This document shows positions 9,501 to 20,436 of a stretch of 64,000 nt of DNA, in pieces. The stretch spans positions 16,248-80,247 of the forward strand of contig CAIRTM010000047.1 in NCBI GenBank assembly GCA_903881505.1, read 5' to 3'. A program made the translations under genes and the position numbers. This DNA comes from an uncultured delta proteobacterium. Lineage in GTDB: Bacteria > Desulfobacterota > WTBG01 > CAIYCZ01 > CAIRTM01. Position 1 is the stretch's first letter. Each line of letters begins with the position of its first letter. The notes under the pieces were generated by a model that saw only the letters and a program-made list of their open reading frames with translations, was not told the DNA's origin and searched no databases.

Positions 9501-10359
9501 CCCGCACGATGCCCGCGGAAGCCGAGCGGCGTTCTCTCACAGCCTGCAGCACGTCATCCGGCACATAGAGCGATCCCCGGCCGGTGCCGATTTCAATGCC
9601 GTTTACGTTTGTGCCGTGAAAATCGCTGCCGCCGGTTTCAACCAGGCCAAACCGGCGTGCAAGGCTTTTATACAGCTGCTGCTGGGCGCTTGAGTGCTCG
9701 GGATAATACACCTCGATTCCCTGCAGGCCATAGCCTGTAAGCTCAGCCACCAGTTCCTGCAGCACGGCGCTGCTGTGCGGCCCGATAATGGCCGGGTGCG
9801 CCAGCACGGCAACACCGCCGGCATCACGGATACAGGCGATGGCCGCATCGGCCGGAAACCGGTATTTATCAATATAGGCGCAGGCCCCCTTTTTCAAATA
9901 ACGGTCAAAGGCCTCGCGCACCGAGCGGACAAATCCCTGCTGAACCATGACCTTGGCGAAATGAGGACGGCCGACCTGTCCGGTTTCAGCCTCGCGCTCG
10001 ACCTGTTCAAGGGTTATGGCAACCCCCAGCTCGCGCAGTCGCGCGATAATGCGGGGATTGCGCTCATTGCGCGCCTGCTGCAGCACATCGATGCGCCCGC
10101 GCAGACGCTGATCATCATGGTGAATATAGTAGCCCAGCACATGCAGGGTTCCCAGATGATGCTCAGCGCTTATCTCAATTCCCGGCACCACCTCGATGCC
10201 CGCATCAATGCCGGCTGCAAGGGCCTCGGCAACACCCTCAACCGTGTCGTGATCGGTAACGGCAAGCGCGCTCAGTCCCCGCCGGCAGGCATGGCGAACG
10301 GTCTCGGCCGGGCTCAGCGTGCCGTCGGAGGCGTTGGTGTGCACGTGCAGATCAATCAT
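9493..10359 (-). CDS. trpH: PHP-domain metal-dependent phosphoesterase (TrpH/YciV family)
   Basis: MIDLHVHTNASDGT... is the classic PHP N-terminal His motif and the C-terminus carries a GGSDFHG motif. 288 aa. Confidence 0.8.
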   Translation of the reverse strand: MIDLHVHTNASDGTLSPAETVRHACRRGLSALAVTDHDTVEGVAEALAAGIDAGIEVVPGIEISAEHHLGTLHVLGYYIHHDDQRLRGRIDVLQQARNERNPRIIARLRELGVAITLEQVEREAETGQVGRPHFAKVMVQQGFVRSVREAFDRYLKKGACAYIDKYRFPADAAIACIRDAGGVAVLAHPAIIGPHSSAVLQELVAELTGYGLQGIEVYYPEHSSAQQQLYKSLARRFGLVETGGSDFHGTNVNGIEIGTGRGSLYVPDDVLQAVRERRSASAGIVRGV

Positions 10360-10508
10360 GAGCAGTCCGGGGGCAGCACGGTGCTGCGGCGTCAGGGGTT
10401 ATGGGTCGAACGTCCAGGCACCGGGCCGGGCCGGCGCTCATTTTTCACATCACACTGCGTGCCAATTGTAACGGGGCCCCGGCGGACGGCTGAGGCTCCC
10501 GGTACAGC

Positions 10509-11120
10509 CTACGCGCAGGACACCGCCAGACGCTCGCCGATTGAAAATGCCTGCGCGAGATCGGCCGCTTTTTCAAGAACCTGGGCGCGCTGCAGATTGC
10601 CGGTGCTGAGCATTTCGCCTATTTTCTGGAGATGAAAATCCCGCATGTTCGCATCCATCACCATAAGCACAAGCGCTGATGACGAGGGTGAGAAGTCCCC
10701 CTGGCTGACAATGCTGACCGCTTTTTTACCTTCGATAAGGGGCCGGGCCTCGGCATGAACGATCGCACCCTGGGCATCATATTCAACGTGCATTTTTAAA
10801 AGCGGCATCATGCGCGCAAACAGATTGGTCAGTGCCGCTGAGATGGTCCGGCCGTGATTGGGACTGGCAAAAATAAAGGCATCCGCCTGCTGCATGCGCT
10901 CAAGAATCGGGCCCATGTCGTCGCGAAGTGGGCAGTCCCTGCTCCCCTGAAAAACAGTATGCGCACCGCAGGCATTACAATATTTAATATCAAGATCATA
11001 GAGGTAAAGCTTTTCGGCCTCGACCGGCGCCCTGCTGACGGCACCGGCGATCACCCGGTCAACCAGAATATCGGTGTTTGAGCCCTTGCGGGGGCTGCCG
11101 ACAAACGCCATGAGTTTCAT
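10509..11120 (-). CDS. flavodoxin-fold NAD(P)H-dependent FMN reductase / iron-sulfur flavoprotein-like
   Basis: MKLMAFVGSPRKGSNTDIL is the FMN_red/Isf-type N-terminus. A compact Cys cluster CNACGAHTV...CP is typical of iron-sulfur flavoproteins. 203 aa. Confidence 0.55.
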   Translation of the reverse strand: MKLMAFVGSPRKGSNTDILVDRVIAGAVSRAPVEAEKLYLYDLDIKYCNACGAHTVFQGSRDCPLRDDMGPILERMQQADAFIFASPNHGRTISAALTNLFARMMPLLKMHVEYDAQGAIVHAEARPLIEGKKAVSIVSQGDFSPSSSALVLMVMDANMRDFHLQKIGEMLSTGNLQRAQVLEKAADLAQAFSIGERLAVSCA

Positions 11121-11358
11121 ACGGTATCCTCCGTGTCAGAGCAGCGCACGTCCGGCCGGCTGCCGGCGCTGCATAATCTTACCCTCCAGGCCGTCATTGT
11201 ACAAGGATTTGTCTGCGCTGGCAACTTAAAGCAACAGCGTGTCCGCTCATCCGCAGGCTGCGCGCCCCGGCAGGCTGAACAAAACTGCGGCGGAATATTC
11301 AGGCTGGCTAGAAAAAAGTTTGCGGGCTCAAAAAAGCCGGCAGACTCATCAGGGCGGG

Positions 11359-11433
<75 letters not shown>

Positions 11434-11441
11434 AAAAAAAA

Positions 11442-11518
11442 TGGAGCGGGAAACGGGATTTGAACCCGCGACTCCGACCTTGGCAAGGTCGTACTCTACC
11501 ACTGAGTTATTCCCGCTC
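11442..11518 (-). tRNA. tRNA-Gly (GCC)
   Basis: The reverse complement is GAGCGGGAATAACTCAGTGGTAGAGTACGACCTTGCCAAGGTCGGAGTCGCGGGTTCAAATCCCGTTTCCCGCTCCA. The anticodon loop is TTGCCAA, so the anticodon is GCC. It has a GGTTCAAATCC T-arm. Confidence 0.8.
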
Positions 11519-11659
11519 AGCAACCTTGAAATTATAGCCGACCTGTCGTCTTTGTCAACAAATAAATACAAAAACGGCTGAACGAGGCCCCTGCACGGGC
11601 ATACTTCATATGTGCAGCCCGCCCTGACCTGTCAGAACCCGCAGGGTTCGCCGCTGCCC

Positions 11660-12364
11660 TCATGTGGCGTCTCCAGGTTGATTCTCTGCGTGGGGCGGCT
11701 GCCGTACCGGGACGGTTTCGTTCATGAGCTGCACGACAGGATAGTCGTCAAAATAGTCAATAATATTCAAACAGGCGTACGTCTGTTCGAGGCGCACTGC
11801 GCTGTTCAGGTCAAGTCCGAGGGCATCGCACAGCACCACCCTGTTCAAGCCCCCGTGGCCGACCAGAAGGACTGTGCCGCCGGCATGTTCGCGAAGCAGC
11901 CTCTTCAGGCGCGGCAGGGCCCGTTCGCGCACATCCGCAAAGCTCTCGCCTCCCGCAACGCGAAACGAGCCGATGCTGCGGGCGCGTTCGCTGAATTCCT
12001 CCTGGAAGCGCTCCAGGATTTCGGCAAGCGTCATGCCCTCCCAGCGGCCGATATTGATTTCGCGGAATTCAGGACACGCAACCGGCGCAATGCCGCGTGC
12101 GCCGGCGAGCAGACGCGCCGATTCAACCGTGCGCACAAGGTCGCTGCAATAGATTGCGTCGATCGGCACGCCTGCCAGACGGCCCTCAAGCAAGCGTATC
12201 TGCGCGCGGCCCTCGTCGCTGAGTGCAACATCCCGGTGGCCGACATAGCGCCATTGGCGCGAGGTCACCAGTGCCCCATGGCGCGCCAGGTACAGCCGTG
12301 TGCGCGCAGCATCTCCTGCAGCCTTGCCAAGGGCAGCCGGTATATATCCTGATTCAGCTGCCAT
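11660..12364 (-). CDS. histidine phosphatase family protein (phosphoglycerate mutase-like / CobC-like)
   Basis: The catalytic RHG motif (LARHGA) lies near the N-terminus. 234 aa with a PGM-like fold pattern. Confidence 0.6.
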   Translation of the reverse strand: MAAESGYIPAALGKAAGDAARTRLYLARHGALVTSRQWRYVGHRDVALSDEGRAQIRLLEGRLAGVPIDAIYCSDLVRTVESARLLAGARGIAPVACPEFREINIGRWEGMTLAEILERFQEEFSERARSIGSFRVAGGESFADVRERALPRLKRLLREHAGGTVLLVGHGGLNRVVLCDALGLDLNSAVRLEQTYACLNIIDYFDDYPVVQLMNETVPVRQPPHAENQPGDAT

Positions 12365-12566
12365 AGAGCCCCGGCGCGCAAAAAGTTCGATGGAGCAGGT
12401 TGGTGAAAAAAGTCTTTTTATGCATGCTCTTTAAAAAAGATCCGGCGCAGGGCATCACGAGGAATGAGGCGTACTTCTTCGTACGCCCTGCGGAGCGCAC
12501 CGCCGCAGATGGACCCGCCCTCAGCAGGAGAACTGCGCCGCAGGATACACTTTTTTCGACAGCCCG

Positions 12567-13394
12567 CTAGAGGTTGTACATGTCGTGCAGAAGCCTGACC
12601 AGGGCGATGTTGTCGGAATGCCCGGTCATATTCGCCGTGATTTTCGCCCTGAGGGGACGGCCGAGCAGATAGAGATCGCCCACCATATCCATAATCTTGT
12701 GCCGCACGAACTCGTCCGGGAATCGCAGGTCCGTGTTCACGATTTTTTCATCATCAATCAGGATAAAATTATTGAGCCGGCCCCCGCTTGCCAGGCCGCG
12801 CTCATTGAGCGCCTCGATATCCTTCAGGAACCCGAACGTGCGTGCCGGGGCGATCTCGCGTTTGAAATCCTCGGCATCCGCCATGACGAACCTGTATTCC
12901 TGCCGGCCGACCGGCCGGGGATAGTTCAGGGTATAGTGAACCGAAAATACATCGGCAGGCTCAACCGTCAGGAATTTCTTCGTACGATCGGCCTCGCCCA
13001 GGCTGTGGCGCCTGTCGACAATGATTTCATCCAGGGGTTCTTCCTGCTCTTCAATCCCGGCGTCCTCGACCATCTGGCAGAAATCAAGGGCCGATCCGTC
13101 CATGATGGGAACCTCGTTATTGATCTTGACCATCAGGTTCGAAATCCGGTAGGCATGCAGAACCGCCAGGAGATGCTCGATGGTGCGGGCCGCCGCCCCG
13201 TCAGCCTGCAGGCTGGTTGCATAGTCGGTCGACACGACATGGTGTATATTGGCCCGTACCGTTTCACCGCTTGATATATTGCCGAACAGTATCCCGCTGC
13301 CCGGGGGCAGCGGCGTCAGGATAAGCCCGGTCTTGTCGCCGGAGTGCAGCCCGCGGCCGCTCAGCACCATGCTGCGCTTGAGCGTGCGCTGCAT
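12567..13394 (-). CDS. lpxC: UDP-3-O-acyl-N-acetylglucosamine deacetylase LpxC
   Basis: MQRTLKRSMVLSGRGLHSGDKTGLILTPLPPGSGILF matches the LpxC N-terminus; HKIMDMVGDLYLLG and other conserved blocks are present. ATG at 13394. There is no stop codon between it and the upstream regulator ORF (see findings). Confidence 0.8.
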   Translation of the reverse strand: MQRTLKRSMVLSGRGLHSGDKTGLILTPLPPGSGILFGNISSGETVRANIHHVVSTDYATSLQADGAAARTIEHLLAVLHAYRISNLMVKINNEVPIMDGSALDFCQMVEDAGIEEQEEPLDEIIVDRRHSLGEADRTKKFLTVEPADVFSVHYTLNYPRPVGRQEYRFVMADAEDFKREIAPARTFGFLKDIEALNERGLASGGRLNNFILIDDEKIVNTDLRFPDEFVRHKIMDMVGDLYLLGRPLRAKITANMTGHSDNIALVRLLHDMYNL

Positions 13395-14735
13395 GCGGTG
13401 CTGCGTCCGGTTCTCCCGCGTCAGGATGATGTTGTATTCGCCGACATACTTCTTGAGCTGCTTTTCACTGACGCCGATCCGTGCGGCCGTTCGCTTGATA
13501 TCACGGTCATTGCGGCGCAGGTGGTACAGCAGGAAATTCTTGCGCCAGGCATCCTCGGCCTCCTTCATGGTGGCGTAGCGCTCGTGGGAACGCGAAACGT
13601 TGTACTGCATGTCGTCGCGCACGGAAAGAGGAATATCAAGCGCTGAAACGGTCCTGGAATGCAGCGACACTACGATCTTCTCAACCAGGTTCTTCAGTTC
13701 CTTGACATTGGCGGGCCAGTCGTAGTTCATGAGCATTTCAAGCGCCTCGTCATCGAAGCTCTTTTCCCGCACGCCGTACTCGCTGCAGGACAGGGTCATG
13801 AAATGCTTGAGCAGCAGCGGGATATCGCCGCGGCGCTTGCGCAGCGGCGGCAGGCTGATGCGCTCAGGGAAAGAATCTGCAAACGCGGCCGAGAGTTTGC
13901 CGGCCGCGCGCGCCTCATCGGCCTCAAGGACCGATGAGGTTACGACGCGCAGCTGCGGGTCCGCCTGGCGCTTGCGCAGAAATTCCGCGATGCGGTCCTG
14001 CAAAGCGATATCAAGCGCCTCCGCCGAGGCAAGGTACACGACCGCCCGGCCCGGCTGCGTCAGCAGCCCTGCCTTGCCGGAACTGTCGCCGAACAGTTCC
14101 AGGGAAGCCTCGTCGCAATCGTAAAGGGGACAGTTGAGCCTGTGGAACGAAGCGAAACGTCCGCTTTTCTCGCCGCCAATCAGCATCCGGGCCGCGATCT
14201 CCTTGCCGGTACCGACCTCGCCGCTCAAAAACACATGTGCTTTTGTCGCGGCAATTTTATCAATACGCCTGCGGATGTCGATAATCTCCGGCGCCTCACC
14301 GGTCAGCCTGCTGCGTTCGCGCGCAGCGGCGGACCCATCGACTGCCGCGGCGGCCTGCGCGGCGGCCTGCCATTTCTCGGTAATGCGCCTGACGGTATTG
14401 AGCACCACGTCGAGCGAAAAAGGCTTCTCGAGGAAATCAAACGCCCCCTGTTTCACCGCCTACACGGCCGTGTTGACCGTGCCGTGGCCGGTCATCATGA
14501 CCACCTCGATCGCGGAGTTGAAATCCTTGACGGCTTTCAGGGTTTCCATGCCGTCCATGCCGGGCAGCCATATATCCAGAAACACGATATCGACCGGCTG
14601 CGACTTGATAATGCGCATGGCCTGCGCCCCGTCGGATGCGCTCAGCAGCGTGTAGCCTTCGTCTTCAAGGCTGCCGGCAAGCGATGTGATGATGTTCTGC
14701 TCATCGTCTACCAGGAGGATGACCGGTGTTTTCAT
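13395..14735 (-). pseudogene. ntrX: NtrC/NtrX-family sigma-54-dependent response regulator, interrupted by an in-frame TAG and lacking its own stop codon
   Basis: Receiver domain (ORF 14460..14735, LLVDDEQNI...DIWLPGMDG), then TAG at 14460-14462. The frame continues as AVKQGAFDFLEKPF..., with Walker A GEVGTGKE, a sigma-54 AAA+ domain and a Fis-type HTH (AARIGVSEKQLKKYVGEY). It reads straight into lpxC after an 11-aa linker. Confidence 0.6.
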
Positions 14736-16990
14736 GCCGAAGATACCTTTCCAATGCTGACGGGCTGATTCACGGGCAGTTCGATCACAAAGCAGGTCCC
14801 GCGGGGATGATTGTCACGGACCCTGATATAGCCGCCGTGGTCGGCGATGATCGTGCTGACGATCGCCAGGCCCAGCCCGGTGCTGTCTTTTTTCGTGGAG
14901 AAATAGGGGTCGAATATTTTAGGCTTCAGTTCGGGGGGAACACCGCAGCCGTTATCGGCAACCTCGACCGTCACCATCTTCAGCCGGGAGTTGTAGCCCG
15001 TGCGCAGCACGATCCGGCCGTCATTTTCCAATGAGCCGACCGCGTTGTCAAGCAGATTAATCAGCACGCGCTTGATCTGGGCGCGGTCAAGGCTGAGCCG
15101 GCCGACGCTGCGGCCGGGCTCGAACACAAAGCTGATGTCCTTGCGGGCCTCGCGGTACAGCGTCAGCGTTTCCTCGATGATTTCATGGATGTCGTTGGCC
15201 CGCGGCTGCGTGGCCGGCATTTTCGCGAAGCTCGAAAATTCATTGACCAGCTTCTTGAGGTCGTCAACCTGCGCGACAATCGTGCCGAGGCAGTCAGCAA
15301 AAACGCCCTGCTCACGGCTGATCTGGGGCGCAAATTTCTTCAGCACGCGCTGGGCGTTCAGCTTGATCGGCGTGAGGGGATTTTTAATCTCGTGCGCGAT
15401 GCGGCGGGCGACCTCGCGCCAGGCGTAGGCGCGCTGGGCCTGCTGGATCTGGGTCAGGTCCTCGCCGACGAGCACAATCCCCATGTAGGTGCCGTCATCG
15501 TCGAACAGCATATTGGAACGCACATACACGTAGGCGGTCCGCTGCGCGAAGGTGAGCGTCACCTGGCGCTCCACCGCGCCGAGGTTGAAGCGCGTCATCT
15601 CGTCGATCAGCAGCTTCAGCGGACGCAGTTCATCGGAGGCGAACACCTCGGCGTAGGGATGCCTGAGGGCCTCATCCAGCGCCAGTCCGAACATGGCCTG
15701 GGCCGAAATGTTGAAATTTGTGATGACGCCGTCACGGTCGATGGATACGACCACGGCCGCGACATTCTCCAGCAGCGTTTCCATGTATATCCGGCGGTGG
15801 TCGAGCTCGGTGACCATGTCGCGCAGGTGGCGCGTGGTCTGCTCGACCTGCTCATGGCTCACGCGCAGGTCGCAGGTCATCTTGTTGAACGAATCGACCA
15901 GGACGCCGATTTCATCGTCGGCGGCCGGCTCGATCTGTACGTCGAGGTTGCCCTGGGCAATCTGCTCGGTGGCGCTGGCAAGCGAGCTGATCGGCACCGC
16001 GATGACTTTTGACAGATGAAATCCGAACCAGGTCGCCGAGAAGATGATCAGCAGCGTCACGACCGAGAGCAGGATCACATACAGGTACTTGATCGGATTT
16101 TTATAGAGCTTGAGCTTCTTATAGTCCTGGAACGCCCGGGCGATGCTGTCCATCTTCGACACGAGGCTGCGGGGCACGTAATAATTTACCACCATCACGC
16201 CCACCACATCCTTGCGCGACCAGCTCGAATACACCGGCACCACCCCCCGTATGATGTCGCTTTCGCCGGCGGGCTGAATGCGGATGATCTCCCTGCCGTC
16301 AAGCGCCTGCTGCACCAGGGACGACTCGGCGCTGATAAAGTTCGAGTCGGGCACCTGCGGATTCATGGCCCTCACCAGCTCCTCCTTCTGGGAGGAGTAG
16401 ACCTCGACCACGCCGAGATTGTACTCGGACTGCTTTTCGTTAATAAAATCGCGCAGGATGTCCAGATTCATCTGGGAGAGCAGCTTATTGTCGGTTATGT
16501 GGCGGGAGAGCTGCTTGGCGTAATAAAGGGCGTTGGATGAGGCGTTGTTGTAGTAGGCCTCGGTGACGCTGAAGGCCTCTTCAAGGGTGGTTTCAACCTT
16601 GAAACTGAACCAGTTCTCGATCGTGTTGGTGATGAATCCGATCGAAACCCAGAACAAAAGCAGTGTCGGCACCAGCGACAGCCCGACAAACGCGATGACC
16701 AGCTTGGCCCGCAGCTTTGATCCCAGGATGCCGCGCCTGCGCTCAAAGACCAGCTTTACCACGTTGCGCACGACCAGGTAGATCAAAAGCAGCAGCAGGA
16801 TGGCGTTTACGTTGATCAGCAGAAACACCGTCAGGTTCTGCGGCACCAGGGCCTCGCCGCGGCTGCCCGTGACGTACAGCAGCAGCGATGTCAGGGAAAC
16901 AACCAGCAGAATGATAAGGACAATAGCGGCCCGCTCGCGCCGGCGGCGCTGTTTTTCCTGCTTCGGGAGATCGGGGGCTTTCGCTTCCAT
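14732..16990 (-). CDS. ntrY: NtrY-like sensor histidine kinase (TM-HAMP-PAS-HisKA-HATPase_c)
   Basis: 752 aa with N-terminal TM helices, an H-box HEIKNPLTPIKLNAQ, a G-box GLGLAIV and N/G1 motifs. ATGA overlap with the downstream regulator. Confidence 0.65.
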   Translation of the reverse strand: MEAKAPDLPKQEKQRRRRERAAIVLIILLVVSLTSLLLYVTGSRGEALVPQNLTVFLLINVNAILLLLLIYLVVRNVVKLVFERRRGILGSKLRAKLVIAFVGLSLVPTLLLFWVSIGFITNTIENWFSFKVETTLEEAFSVTEAYYNNASSNALYYAKQLSRHITDNKLLSQMNLDILRDFINEKQSEYNLGVVEVYSSQKEELVRAMNPQVPDSNFISAESSLVQQALDGREIIRIQPAGESDIIRGVVPVYSSWSRKDVVGVMVVNYYVPRSLVSKMDSIARAFQDYKKLKLYKNPIKYLYVILLSVVTLLIIFSATWFGFHLSKVIAVPISSLASATEQIAQGNLDVQIEPAADDEIGVLVDSFNKMTCDLRVSHEQVEQTTRHLRDMVTELDHRRIYMETLLENVAAVVVSIDRDGVITNFNISAQAMFGLALDEALRHPYAEVFASDELRPLKLLIDEMTRFNLGAVERQVTLTFAQRTAYVYVRSNMLFDDDGTYMGIVLVGEDLTQIQQAQRAYAWREVARRIAHEIKNPLTPIKLNAQRVLKKFAPQISREQGVFADCLGTIVAQVDDLKKLVNEFSSFAKMPATQPRANDIHEIIEETLTLYREARKDISFVFEPGRSVGRLSLDRAQIKRVLINLLDNAVGSLENDGRIVLRTGYNSRLKMVTVEVADNGCGVPPELKPKIFDPYFSTKKDSTGLGLAIVSTIIADHGGYIRVRDNHPRGTCFVIELPVNQPVSIGKVSSA

Positions 16991-17067
16991 GCGCTCGCGT
17001 CAGATCTGAAATCGAGTCCTGCGTTTTCCGGCTTCGGCGCAGGTACGCTGAAGGCATTGTACTATGA

Positions 17068-18645
<1,578 letters not shown>

Positions 18646-18652
18646 GCCCCGC

Positions 18653-20203
18653 ATGCAGCCCGCCCATGAGAAGATCATCGTCCTGGACTTCGGCTCGCAG
18701 TACACGCAGCTGATCGCCCGCCGCATCCGCGAAAGCCGTGTCTATTCCGAGATCCACCCGTTCAGCATACCGCTTGAAGAACTGCGCGCGCTCAATCCCC
18801 GGGGCATTATTCTCTCCGGCGGCCCGGACAGCGTCTATGATCAGGACGCACCCCTGGTCTCAACCGAACTCTTTGACCTGGGCGTGCCGGTGCTCGGCAT
18901 CTGCTACGGCATGCAGCTCACCAGCCACCTGCTGCAGGGCCGGGTCGCGGCGCATACAAAGCGCGAATACGGCCGGGCAGACCTGATCATCGGCAACAAC
19001 GAAGACCTGTTCGCCGGTTTCTCCGCGGATGAAAAGATACCGGTATGGATGAGCCACGGGGACCGCGTGGAGGAAATGCCGGCCGGGTTCGAAATTATAG
19101 CCCGCAGCGCAAATGCGCACTGCGCGGCCATCCGCCACCGCGGGCGGCGCATCTTCGGCGTGCAGTTCCACCCCGAGGTCGTGCACACTCCGCAGGGCAC
19201 GAGGATACTTGAAAACTTCATCTTCACGATCTGCGCGTGCAAACCCAGCTGGACCATGCGCTCGTTCATCGACTACTCAATCGAGCGCATCCGCGCGGCC
19301 GTCGGCTCAAAAAAGGTGCTCTGCGGATGCAGCGGCGGCGTCGACTCGACCGTTGCGGCTGTTTTGATCGACCGGGCCGTCGGAAGCCAGCTTACCTGCA
19401 TTTTCGTCGACAACGGCCTGCTGCGCAAAAATGAATTCACCTCCGTAACGCGCCTGCTGCGCGACACGTTCAGCATCAACCTCATCCCGGTTGACGCATC
19501 GCAGCGTTTCCTGAGCCGCCTGGCGGACGTCGGCGATCCTGAAAAAAAGCGCAAGATCATCGGCCATGAATTCATCGCCGTGTTCGAGCAGGAAGCCGCC
19601 AAGCTCGGGGCAATCGACTTCTTGGCGCAGGGAACGCTGTACCCGGACGTGATCGAGAGCGTATCGGTCAAGGGCCCCGCGGTAACCATTAAAAGCCATC
19701 ACAATGTCGGCGGCCTGCCCGAGCGCATGCAGATGCGGCTGCTGGAGCCGTTCCGTGAACTGTTCAAGGACGAGGTGCGCGAGATCGGCCGCGAGCTGGG
19801 CATACCCGAGGAGGCCATCATTCGCCAGCCCTTTCCCGGCCCGGGCCTTGCCGTGCGAATTGTCGGTCCCGTCAACAGCGAGGACCTGGAGCTGCTGCGC
19901 GAAAGCGACGCGATCATACTCGAGGAATTCAAGCGCAGCGGATGGTACACCCGTGTCTGGCAGTCGTTCGCCGTGCTGCTGCCGCTCAAAACCGTCGGCG
20001 TCATGGGCGACAAACGCACCTACGAAAAAGTCATCGCCCTGCGGGCGGTCGAAAGCCGCGACGCCATGACCGCCGACTGGGCCGAACTGCCCCGCGACCT
20101 GCTCAGCACCATCTCCAACCGCATCATCAACGAGGTCAAGGGCATCAACCGCGTTGTCTACGACATTTCCTCCAAGCCGCCCAGCACGATCGAGTGGGAA
20201 TAA
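18653..20203 (+). CDS. guaA: GMP synthase (glutamine-hydrolysing)
   Basis: GATase domain (GICYGMQL), an ATP-PPase SGGVDS motif, and the C-terminal dimerisation domain ending IEWE. Confidence 0.9.
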   Translation: MQPAHEKIIVLDFGSQYTQLIARRIRESRVYSEIHPFSIPLEELRALNPRGIILSGGPDSVYDQDAPLVSTELFDLGVPVLGICYGMQLTSHLLQGRVAAHTKREYGRADLIIGNNEDLFAGFSADEKIPVWMSHGDRVEEMPAGFEIIARSANAHCAAIRHRGRRIFGVQFHPEVVHTPQGTRILENFIFTICACKPSWTMRSFIDYSIERIRAAVGSKKVLCGCSGGVDSTVAAVLIDRAVGSQLTCIFVDNGLLRKNEFTSVTRLLRDTFSINLIPVDASQRFLSRLADVGDPEKKRKIIGHEFIAVFEQEAAKLGAIDFLAQGTLYPDVIESVSVKGPAVTIKSHHNVGGLPERMQMRLLEPFRELFKDEVREIGRELGIPEEAIIRQPFPGPGLAVRIVGPVNSEDLELLRESDAIILEEFKRSGWYTRVWQSFAVLLPLKTVGVMGDKRTYEKVIALRAVESRDAMTADWAELPRDLLSTISNRIINEVKGINRVVYDISSKPPSTIEWE

Positions 20204-20242
20204 ACAATTTTAGGGCATTTTCGATTTTAGCATAACCGGTTT

Positions 20243-20422
20243 GTATGGATTATCCTCATGCATCCATCGGCTGAGCTTGAATCAAGGCCTGTCATTTCGA
20301 CCGCGGGGAGAAATCCTGGTTTTAAGATTTCTCAGCCGCTTTTCCATCCTCCGCAGCAGGCTGCTGCGGAGGACGGGCGCTCCTTCGAAATGACAGTATG
20401 GCTGCGATACTTTGAAAAATGC
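20243..20422. repeat. composite intergenic repeat, copy A (conserved left and right arms flanking a ~112-bp insert with an internal inverted repeat and GC hairpin)
   Basis: Left arm tgtatggattatcctcatgcatccatcggctgagc and right arm aaatgacagtatggctgcgatactttgaaaaatgc. Both match copy B at 58484-58573; the right arm differs at 1 of 36 positions. Confidence 0.45.
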
Positions 20423-20436
20423 TCTAAACGCACCCA

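Noticed and set aside
12585-13274. 229-aa plus-strand ORF antisense to lpxC
   Set aside because: The opposite-strand frame carries unmistakable LpxC motifs. The plus-strand translation has no recognisable domain.
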